From a virus (taxonomy: Duplodnaviria; Heunggongvirae; Uroviricota; Caudoviricetes), in IMG/VR virus record IMGVR_UViG_3300033066_001079, positions 13,017-77,016 of that record: a stretch of 64,000 nucleotides of DNA, one strand, 5' to 3'. Both the position numbers and the translations under genes were made by a program. How positions within the stretch are numbered: the stretch's first letter is position 1; every line of letters starts with the position of its first letter. Below the pieces are notes generated by a model. The model was not told the DNA's origin and searched no databases. It saw only the letters and a list, made by a program, of their open reading frames with translations. Below are positions 9,895 through 18,900 of the stretch, in pieces.

Positions 9895-12800
9895 CTACGT
9901 GGATATGCACTACTTCTTTGTTCGAGTTTTCTTGCAACTTGCCCTCCCGGGCCTTGTCCATATGGCATGCCCGACATGGACCTCCATACTACATCATTCA
10001 TGCCATTAGATACTGGCGAATTTACAAGTTTTCCTTCTACGTACTTGTTCTGACCCTTCTCAATACAGTTATAACAAGCTCCTGCCAAAGCATCGCACAA
10101 ATCGTCAGTTGTTACGTCCCCGTCCTTCTTGGCATATACCTTATAACCGTTGTCAAGCCATTTACGCTGAAGATTCTTCATTTCGTTTTTGAGCAATAGG
10201 TGATGAGGAATCAACAACTTTCTCTGTATGACAAGCTGATATAGGTTATCATAAATAAGCGTCTTGTACTGCTTGGTAAATGGGGTCATTCTTGTAGGAA
10301 TGCCTCTCTTACGTAGTTTTGCAATACTTGTCTGGCTATTGAAATGGTCATAAGTAACAATACCCATGTTGAACTTCGAATTCAAATCGGCAACATACTC
10401 GTCTACTTGCTCTACAGAAATCGGTCGTTCTGGGGCAGGCGACCAGTACATAATGTGATCTACTATGATTCTCCATTCCATCTTCTTGCTACCATCGTGG
10501 TCAAACCAATGTTCTTTATGAGCAAGTATAAGAGCATAGTTGTGGCTAGATGTCGCTGGATCCAAGTGGGCAAAATAAACTTGTCCTCGAACTCCAAATT
10601 TCAACAACTGCAAATCCTTCTCTCGGAAGCAAGCCTCGATATCTTCCTCACTAAAGAAGTTTTCGCCTGCCGTGCCAGAGAACTCCGCTCCAAACTCCAT
10701 GCGGAACTTTTCTTCTGGCATACTAGGGAACGCAGCCATAAGACCCTTCTTAGACTGCATAGGATTAACTTGCCATGTAGCCGCTCGACAAACCAAACGA
10801 TGGTCAACCTCCATGTGATTCTCGAAGAGGTTGTAGAAGATACCTTCCTTGCTTCTAGGAGTTGAAAGACAAATGATCTTACCATCATATATCTTGTCCA
10901 CCTCTTGAATGCCATCAGGTCCAAGAATAGGAAGTCCCATGCTATTTACTTTAGGAACTTGACGAACATATGTCTTTACAGCGGGAGCAAGAGAGTTGAA
11001 TATGGAGTCTCCGGAAGACGAGCCAGCAGTATTCTTGTACAAACCAATCTCGTCCAATAGCAATACATAGCACGAAATACCTACGAGCGTATCTGAGTTA
11101 CTATGCCCTGCTCTAACAACAACAGAACCAAGGCTAGGCTGGAAGCCTTGCTCTACAAGCTCTTTGTTTCTCTTTTTGTCCTCAGGAGTTAGGAAGTGGA
11201 TAGCGTCAGAAGTTACGCCTTCTGGAATAATCTTGTCTCTAAAGTATTCGCTACTTAGAACTTTTTCCTTAATCTGGCGGAAGAGAATCTTCGCCTGCTG
11301 CGCCGAGTTAGCGATGGTCAAAATGGTAAACGGATCAGCCATACCTAGGTTGTAGACAGCATAAGGATTTCCGCCGGGCGTTTCCAATAGCCTCATCGTT
11401 TCATATAGAGCAATGATAGAAGTAAGGAAGTCTTTTCCGCTGTTATGACAAATGAATCCATTGGATACGAAGTTCTGCAAATGCTTCTTGTCAGATACCT
11501 GAATATCATATGTTCGTTTCGTGCCTATTTTTCGCAACTGAGTAATAGGAACAAAAACAGGAGCATCAAGGTCGTTCTCTGATTCGACATTTAGATTTAC
11601 GTCTTGAACCGTGTCGTTCTGTCCAATAAAACCTATCTCGTTGATAAACCTTTTGACATGGCAGTTTTTAGTTACCGACAAGATATGCTCTGGTTTACCA
11701 TTCATGATCTTCGATTGGAACCCGGCAAAAATACCGAATCTTGAAAGAAGATGCTGAACCTGCTTGATAAGCGTTATACTGCTAAAGGAAGCTTCTATCT
11801 TAGAAGTATATCTCGAAGACTTCGACGCCGTAAGAGATCCGTCGCAGCTAAACAAGCATCTCAAGTAAGCCGCAACAACAGTCTTTGGTGCCAAGAAAAT
11901 CTTTGCTGGCACGAATTTTTGCATGCCCGTCTTGTTATGAAGTCCATTATTCTTGAGTATAGTAGCGACGTTTACTACGTTACTCTTTGTAGAAACAGCC
12001 TTAGTTGTAGCAACATATGAGTATTTTCTCTCGTCTATAGACTTCAGATTATAGTTGGTAGCTGCTTCAATCTTCAAGTCCGTGCTGGTAGACTTTAGCT
12101 TGTCCTTGAAGTTGTCAAAGACTTCGCCATCCTTCAAAGTAGTTGCTATATAAGCTCCAACGGAGTCGCAGCACTCGCTGCTTAAATATCCAAGAAGAGA
12201 AGCCTCGTCTTCGGTAATATCTGTTGAACTGCCAAAGAAGGGCTGACAAGCAGCAACGGCAATCTTATCTTTTGGCTTCAAAGACTTTAGCTCAACCCAT
12301 CCCTTATCTGTCAGCATAGGATGATTGTCTGTAACTTCAATTTCATGGCCTGTTGTAGTCTGTATTTGATAAACCTCTCTCACGCCCTGAAATATGAGAT
12401 TACAGTTGTTCATTACCGTCATGGTCTGAGCGGTTTCGTCGTATGTCCATGAATCTAGATTGAGTTTTCCGTAGTTCCAAAGCTCGCCTAAGGTCCAGTT
12501 GCGGCCAGTCTTTACGTCTACTATTTCACAACTCTCAGACAAACAACGTCGGCCCCAAACAAGAACAAGCTCTCTAAAATCATGCCCGGCTTCCCATTTG
12601 TCTATCAAAGCCCCATTCTCGGGAGCATTCAATCCATTCTCGTTTATGAGCAGCTTGTCTGCGTCTGTCAAAACAAGATTTTCATTTCCTTCGCTTCCTC
12701 TGTAAAAGCATTTTAGCGTTAGCTTTTGCAGAGGATAAGGATTGATAGGAGGGTTTAGGAAAGGAAGACCTAGATACTTTTTGTCGTCAATGAACTCGAT

Positions 12801-12920
12801 AATGCTTGGGATCTTAGTGTTATTAACTAGATCTGTTTGAATCTTCGCCCTAAGCTCTCTAAAGAGATCAAAGCTTTTTTCATTCGAGTTGGACTTTTTC
12901 TTTTGCTTGTCAGAAGCCAT
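9891..12920 (-). CDS. terL: terminase large subunit interrupted by an intein
   Basis: ATG start with GAGGT SD. The N-extein ends ...LVLVWGRR and the C-extein begins SGKDFL..., so the spliced product reads GRRSGKD, a Walker-A-like P-loop. The C-extein has a nuclease-like segment (YFAHLDPATSSHNYALILAHKEHW). The mature protein would be about 641 aa. Confidence 0.8.
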   Translation of the reverse strand: MASDKQKKKSNSNEKSFDLFRELRAKIQTDLVNNTKIPSIIEFIDDKKYLGLPFLNPPINPYPLQKLTLKCFYRGSEGNENLVLTDADKLLINENGLNAPENGALIDKWEAGHDFRELVLVWGRRCLSESCEIVDVKTGRNWTLGELWNYGKLNLDSWTYDETAQTMTVMNNCNLIFQGVREVYQIQTTTGHEIEVTDNHPMLTDKGWVELKSLKPKDKIAVAACQPFFGSSTDITEDEASLLGYLSSECCDSVGAYIATTLKDGEVFDNFKDKLKSTSTDLKIEAATNYNLKSIDERKYSYVATTKAVSTKSNVVNVATILKNNGLHNKTGMQKFVPAKIFLAPKTVVAAYLRCLFSCDGSLTASKSSRYTSKIEASFSSITLIKQVQHLLSRFGIFAGFQSKIMNGKPEHILSVTKNCHVKRFINEIGFIGQNDTVQDVNLNVESENDLDAPVFVPITQLRKIGTKRTYDIQVSDKKHLQNFVSNGFICHNSGKDFLTSIIALYETMRLLETPGGNPYAVYNLGMADPFTILTIANSAQQAKILFRQIKEKVLSSEYFRDKIIPEGVTSDAIHFLTPEDKKRNKELVEQGFQPSLGSVVVRAGHSNSDTLVGISCYVLLLDEIGLYKNTAGSSSGDSIFNSLAPAVKTYVRQVPKVNSMGLPILGPDGIQEVDKIYDGKIICLSTPRSKEGIFYNLFENHMEVDHRLVCRAATWQVNPMQSKKGLMAAFPSMPEEKFRMEFGAEFSGTAGENFFSEEDIEACFREKDLQLLKFGVRGQVYFAHLDPATSSHNYALILAHKEHWFDHDGSKKMEWRIIVDHIMYWSPAPERPISVEQVDEYVADLNSKFNMGIVTYDHFNSQTSIAKLRKRGIPTRMTPFTKQYKTLIYDNLYQLVIQRKLLIPHHLLLKNEMKNLQRKWLDNGYKVYAKKDGDVTTDDLCDALAGACYNCIEKGQNKYVEGKLVNSPVSNGMNDVVWRSMSGMPYGQGPGGQVARKLEQRSSAYPRR
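11442..12545 (-). mobile_element. intein with LAGLIDADG homing endonuclease inserted in the terL P-loop
   Basis: Residues 126-493 of the terL ORF. Block A is CLSESCEIVDV, block B is EVTDNHPML and the C-terminal block is NGFICHN followed by Ser+1. Two LAGLIDADG-like motifs are present (LLGYLSSECCDS and AAYLRCLFSCDGS). Confidence 0.75.
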
Positions 12921-12922
12921 AT

Positions 12923-13453
12923 TTACCTCAAGTCGGAGGCTACTTTATAAACTAACCAAGTAGAACCACCGTCAAATGTAATCAGTTTTAGAATATCAAA
13001 GGCTGACGCATTAGGAGAAAACGTAATAGGAGCATGCGTCGTTGTCTTGAAAGTTGCTGGGAATGTGATACCAAAGCCTCCGCTCGTTTGCTCGACAACA
13101 AGAGTAATTTCGAATCCGCTATCGTCGGCAATGTCGCTCAAAATGGAAAGTATTACGTTTCCAGTGAGCGTAATCTTTTGCAGATTACCGCCCGCAGTTG
13201 AGATCTGATAGGTTCCGGTTTTATTACCAATGATGTTGGTATTGATTTGATAGGAATGAAGAACAACGTCTGAAAATACGCCGTCGCCAGCGTCAACTTC
13301 AATTTGATTTTGCGAGATTCTGATAGGCAAAGCTAAACCATTACCGCTGTACAAAGTACGCAGAGTTAGGTCAACGCCATTGTTCTCTGCATTTAGAAAG
13401 AACAAATCATTGTGAAGTTGGGCCGGTTCTTTATCGCCTATTCTTGTACTCAT
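12923..13453 (-). CDS. hypothetical protein
   Basis: 176-aa ORF upstream of terL. Confidence 0.5.
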   Translation of the reverse strand: MSTRIGDKEPAQLHNDLFFLNAENNGVDLTLRTLYSGNGLALPIRISQNQIEVDAGDGVFSDVVLHSYQINTNIIGNKTGTYQISTAGGNLQKITLTGNVILSILSDIADDSGFEITLVVEQTSGGFGITFPATFKTTTHAPITFSPNASAFDILKLITFDGGSTWLVYKVASDLR

Positions 13454-13466
13454 TTTTCAATCATCC

Positions 13467-13952
13467 TTATACGTTCTTCCATCCTATCTTTTCAAATGGC
13501 AAATGGATATCTTTCATGAGAAGATGAATGTCCTTCATTCTGGCTCTAGAATCGCCTATCACTGTTATCGTATATCCAGCCTGTTCGGAAAGAATGGCAT
13601 AAGTAAGAGGAACTTCTAAAAACTGTCCCCGCAAGAAGTCGTCCATATCCTCATATCCATAGAGCGAACCGTATTTATCCAATACATGATCATTAAGAGC
13701 GCGAATGGCAGAATACGTAGTCTGTTGATTGTCCAAATGACTAAAGACTATGTGAGCATATGTATCTCTAAGAAAACCCTCTAACTCAGTTCTATGGCGC
13801 TGCTGCGGGTTTACCGCCGTAGACTGAAGAGTATTGAATACGCAAATAAGCGGGCCTAAAGCCTGTTGTCCCAAGTCGTATGATTCCGAGATCGCTTCTG
13901 CGGCGATGCGATAATCATATGTTCCAATTCTATGTCCAAAGTCTATTGCCAT
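13467..13952 (-). CDS. hypothetical protein
   Basis: 161-aa ORF. Confidence 0.5.
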   Translation of the reverse strand: MAIDFGHRIGTYDYRIAAEAISESYDLGQQALGPLICVFNTLQSTAVNPQQRHRTELEGFLRDTYAHIVFSHLDNQQTTYSAIRALNDHVLDKYGSLYGYEDMDDFLRGQFLEVPLTYAILSEQAGYTITVIGDSRARMKDIHLLMKDIHLPFEKIGWKNV

Positions 13953-15967
13953 TAGCGGAATATGATCCTACGAAAATATCTCCATTCAAACTCTTCTAGA
14001 TCGTCTTTCTGTCTGATTCTAAACCAATAAAACTCGCCTCTTGTCAACAACTCTGAGGATTGACTTGTATATTTGATTCTTCTTCCCTCATAATTGCTTG
14101 TTATGCCATTTCCGTTCATTGGTTTGAAATCGCCGTTATAGTCCTCAAAAGTCCAATTTGTAACATCCTCAAATGTATCTTTCGAAAAGATTATAGCATT
14201 TTCCTCGAAATCTTCCAGTTGTCTTGCAACTTCAATCTCAATATGATAGAACCTAAAATCGCCGGGATAATGTTCTAGAGGAGCCTCAAAAGACCAAGAT
14301 CCTCTAGTCTCGATGTTCGTAGAAACAATCGAATCTGAAAAGGCCTGATTCTGCAAACCGTCAAGAAGTATCTGCGAGATCTTAGTATTCGTATAGGTAA
14401 GATACTGATTCAAGTTTGGATAGAAAAATGGCAAAGACGTAGAGTTTTTATCTACTACAAAACCAATCAGCTTATTAATGACATTGACATAATCATTCTT
14501 CCATGAAGTTTCGTCAAATAGCTTGTACAGTCTGTTCATTGGAGCATTAAGCTCAAGCTGAACGGTAGGCTCCATTCCAGCCGCAATCCTATCTCTGGCT
14601 CTCTTGAGAATAGTTGCTTTTCTCTCCAAGCATATTGCAGATTGCGCCAGACAAGTTTCCATTAGTTTCCAACCCTTAATCGGGTCCAACAATTCTGTAT
14701 TATCAAATGGAACTGGAAATGAGAAAACAGTAAGAGGATCTCCATAACAAGCCATGCTTGAGTCTAGCAAAGGCTGAGAGTACATAAAGGCCTCTCCAAG
14801 AGTTGCTCCCCTAAATAGAGTGTCCATAAAAGGAACTGGCCTTAAGAAGCCATTCGCATTCGTGCCAGACATTGCCCCAGCCGTAGCTACGTACCCCTGT
14901 CTAACTGCAAGTATGGGCCACGAACGAGCGTCTAGGCTTCTCATGCTTATACCGCCGTCAAAATCGGCATTATAGAAAAACGCTCTCGTGCTTGTAGATG
15001 TCTTGAAATACGAAAGAGAACCCCTGTCCGCTCCCCATCCCCAAAAGAATGAGTCGTCTTCAATTTGGGGCAAGAAAGCGTCCTTGCCAGCAGGAGGTTG
15101 ATTCGTTTTTGCAATTGCCAATCCAAGCCTAGAGAAATAGTTGTCATAGAAGTCTAGCAACGCCAAAGTATAATCTGAAGACCCCGAATAGGTATAGGCT
15201 GAATAAGGGTCAAGACAGAACTTGCCGTCTACCAAAACTCTAGCTTTAGCAGCTTCAATATTGTCAAACCATGTCTTTGTTACAGTGTTGGGGCCGTCTA
15301 TTCTCGTACAAATAAGGCCGTGTAGAGCATACTCGCCTGTAAACCTATTGAATATTTGCTTGTTGTAAATTGGATTGACAACGTTTTTGTTGAACGTATA
15401 GAAAATTCTAGACAGACGAGACGTACTTGATATAACATCAGATCCGTCTCGGAATCCGCCCGGAACGAATGGCATCAATACCATAGCGTATACGGTTCTT
15501 TCGCTTACTGGCGAAGTTGACAGAGACGTTCGTAGCGGTATCTCTACTTGATCTTGAAACTCGATATAGTCAGAAAGTATTTCTACGTTAGAACATGGAA
15601 TGGCTATTAACTGGTCGTCGTCCAATCCATGAAGAGCTTGATATCTCAAAGCATAACCATAACTATCTGAGTCGTTCTCTCGATAAACGCACACGACGTT
15701 ATCTTTGGTAAAGACAGCGGTTGGATTAGGAAGAACCTGAGCAACAGGACCAAGTACCGAAAAGAAAACGCAAGTAGTGGCGCTAGGAGAAGACTTGTTT
15801 CCATAGATGTCAACCGCAACTATATAATAGCAGTAAGTATCTCCAATGATAGTTGAGGTGTCATCAAAATTTGAAGTTACAGACGTGCCAATAAGCGAGA
15901 ATGGTCCCGTAGGATTATTCGTAGAACGATATATCTCGTAATATGCAAAATCCGATGGGGTGGGCAT
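13952..15967 (-). CDS. tail fibre-like structural protein starting with a partial FN3 domain
   Basis: 671 aa. The N-terminus PTPSDFAYYEIYRS...YCYYIVAVDIYGNKSSPS is the C-terminal two-thirds of a fibronectin type III domain. It has its own SD (TTAGGAGAAC) 9 nt upstream of the ATG. Confidence 0.55.
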   Translation of the reverse strand: MPTPSDFAYYEIYRSTNNPTGPFSLIGTSVTSNFDDTSTIIGDTYCYYIVAVDIYGNKSSPSATTCVFFSVLGPVAQVLPNPTAVFTKDNVVCVYRENDSDSYGYALRYQALHGLDDDQLIAIPCSNVEILSDYIEFQDQVEIPLRTSLSTSPVSERTVYAMVLMPFVPGGFRDGSDVISSTSRLSRIFYTFNKNVVNPIYNKQIFNRFTGEYALHGLICTRIDGPNTVTKTWFDNIEAAKARVLVDGKFCLDPYSAYTYSGSSDYTLALLDFYDNYFSRLGLAIAKTNQPPAGKDAFLPQIEDDSFFWGWGADRGSLSYFKTSTSTRAFFYNADFDGGISMRSLDARSWPILAVRQGYVATAGAMSGTNANGFLRPVPFMDTLFRGATLGEAFMYSQPLLDSSMACYGDPLTVFSFPVPFDNTELLDPIKGWKLMETCLAQSAICLERKATILKRARDRIAAGMEPTVQLELNAPMNRLYKLFDETSWKNDYVNVINKLIGFVVDKNSTSLPFFYPNLNQYLTYTNTKISQILLDGLQNQAFSDSIVSTNIETRGSWSFEAPLEHYPGDFRFYHIEIEVARQLEDFEENAIIFSKDTFEDVTNWTFEDYNGDFKPMNGNGITSNYEGRRIKYTSQSSELLTRGEFYWFRIRQKDDLEEFEWRYFRRIIFR

Positions 15968-15983
15968 TAGTATGTTCTCCTAA

Positions 15984-18900
15984 TTAATTCCATGCTATCC
16001 TTATTCTTCCATGACTAATATCCGCCGACGCTGATACGTTTGTAGGAGCATTCAATATTGGATCGTCTGCAATATATTTGACAGAGAAAGACGCAGGAGA
16101 CGAGGCGTTTCCATAAACATCATAAGCTATAATCTTGTAGTAATATGTCTTCTCTGAAAACACTTGATTATCTACAAATGACGAAGACTTGAGGTACGCC
16201 TTAGCATGATATGGCTTTGTAAGATCTGCTATTCCGTTTACGATTCTTGCCCTATATACTATGTAATGACTAAAATCTGGCTCCGTATTCTGCCTCCATG
16301 TTATAGCGATGCACTGTCTTCGCATCTGATAAGTAGCATTAACAAGAGCGTCAGAAATAGAAGTCATGATATTAGAAGGCGTTGCAAGCAGTTGATATTC
16401 GCTTGGCTTAGTATCATACACAAACCTTCTGTCTGCTGCCAAAAAGAGATCTGTTTCTGTCGAGATGTTTGCGGGATGATTGTTGTCATCTAGGAACGGT
16501 CCAGTGCAATATCCCCATGAAGCAAGAGAGGCCATCTGATTCTTTATCATTGGGCCGCTTACTGAACTGCCAAGCGTATTTGCAATATTTGTCACGTAGA
16601 CCCATGCAACTTGTTCGCTTCCGGGAGTAATATACTCGGCCAAAATATGAGGGCCTGTTATAGGGCCGCTAGAGTCATATGAAGACAAAAAGCTCATAGA
16701 ACCCAAAGAGGTAACGTCATTGGGCGACGGATTCACCATTAGTTTCAAATGAGGATGCAGTGACTTGACAAGGGCTATATATGCTTGCGATTGAGACAAA
16801 TCTTCGAATCCGTCAAAATATGAATCTAGACCAAGAATATTGCTTTTGATGTAATAGCTCATTAGGTCTAGTTCGCTTTTGGCATACTGAAGAGTCGTAC
16901 TATTGGACATATCTGCAATCCTAGCTAGGTCGGTATATGCAGGATTCCATTTTGGACTCACAACGCTTGCGTGTCCTTGATAAAAACCAAAGACTGGGAT
17001 TTCTTGGATAGCGTCTCTCAACAAGAACAAAGAACCTTTGAGTAACGAAGGAGCAACAGTAAACGATCCGCCAATACATGTGTCGCCAACTTTGGTAAGA
17101 CACGAATCTGTATAAGGACCAGCAGAAGACTGAGGATAGCTATTGGTTGTGTCAAAAAGAGGCGCAAGAGTTGAGAACGGATAGTTCCAGACGTTTCTGT
17201 TCCAATACAAGCCAGAGGGAGAAAACATAAACTGTCGCTCATACCCTAGGTTCTTGTAGTTATTCTTGATATTATTAGCCCACCATGCCCATCCGTGTAC
17301 GGCTGGATTGGTGTTAGCTGGATCGTAGGAACTCTGATAGTAAAGAGGCTGTCCATTAGACGCTACCGCTGTTATTGCTGGCCATACTGGGCGAGGGTCT
17401 TTCATATAGGTAACAGCCCCAAAAGTCTGAGCAAAATATGATTTGTAAGGAGAAAGAGTTGTTACCCAGCTTTTTGGATTCCTAGAGAATCGGACAGACA
17501 CTTTGACCGTATAGCTCTCCCCATACGCCAGACAGTCTTTATTGACGTAGTTGAGCGAATCTGCTTGCGTTTCCCCATACCAACCAAAAACAACGTTTGA
17601 AGCATATCCGGTGTCGCCAATTGCTGTTGTTGATACCGAAGTCAGTCGCTTGTCTTGAACAAAGTTCTGCTGCATGCAGATACCGACAGCATGCGTCTCA
17701 TTGAATAGGTTATGAGTAGGGCTGAACTTCTGAAACGGATAGGTTGCAGGAGTCCCATCATATGATCCAAGAATAGTTCTTCGTTCGAATGCGGTAGAGG
17801 CGTTAGTATTGTCTACTTCCGCGAAAATTCTACCCATATACAATCCGTCAAAAGATAGGCTTCCCATTCTTTGCGCAATATCGCCCTGATTCTGTACTGA
17901 TGGACCGTCATTGGTATAGACTATGGTAAGATCATATCCTGTAGAAACAGTAGACACAGAGACAGACGTATGTATCCAGTTTCCAAGAGTAACCGAGTTT
18001 TCTTGAAGATAGCAAACACCCCATCTGTTATATCCGTCTTCTAGAGATTCTGTATTGCGCAGATCGCTTGTTGGAACTTCGTCTGTTCCCAACACTTGAG
18101 CCGTAACTCCAACGCCGTCTAGAGCTATACCAATAGCCTGAACAAGCTCTTTGACTAACGAATAATCTGCTATGGCTATTTCAGCTAAAGTGTGCGGTAT
18201 GTTGTCTTTATCAATGAATCTTGCAACAAACGTGTCTACAGAGCTTACAGTCATTATTCCGAACGAAGCCGCTATGTATGCAGAGTTTTCGTCTCCGGTG
18301 TATTTGATTCTAAAAGCTCTTGACGCATTTAGATTTGCGTCTGTTGTTGTAAACTTAAGGATGTCGCTTACTGTGCTGTTTATCTGTTTTATGAGAGGCT
18401 TGGTCACAGAAGATCCAGAAGAATCTAGAGTTGTAGAGTCTGGATCTACTACTTGCACAAATGCATTTTGACAGCTTGACATAGCCGACCTAGTTCTTGT
18501 TTTTATGGTTGTCGTAGAAGTAAAGCCAGAAGAACTAAGCGAAGGAGCTACATAGATAGGGATTGCCGCGCCAACAACTCTGCTAGCGAACACGTTCTTA
18601 GGGGAATCATTGTAGTCCCTAGCGGAAGCAGGGTTCTCTGTCGCCTGCAAGAACAGCGGGAGATATGACGGATATGAGAGCTTGTATCTAAAGAAACTTG
18701 GAAGCTCCGTAACTGCTACGTTCATCTGTGTGGCGTCTGTCTCTTTTGATGACTTCCACTGGCTCCATGTCTTTGTTGCGCCATCCGCTATTGCGAACTC
18801 CATATCTGACCTACGCGAAGGCCAAATATTCGCTTTCAATGCAGAAAACTGATTAAGTTTGTCTATTGCAATCCATCTAGATACGCAGTAAGAAGAGTTC

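Noticed and set aside
15968-15983. Programmed frameshift or readthrough fusing the 1949-aa and 671-aa tail-fibre genes
   Set aside because: All three frames across the 16-nt spacer contain stop codons (TAA/TAG), and the downstream gene has its own SD. The split FN3 is reported as gene fission instead.
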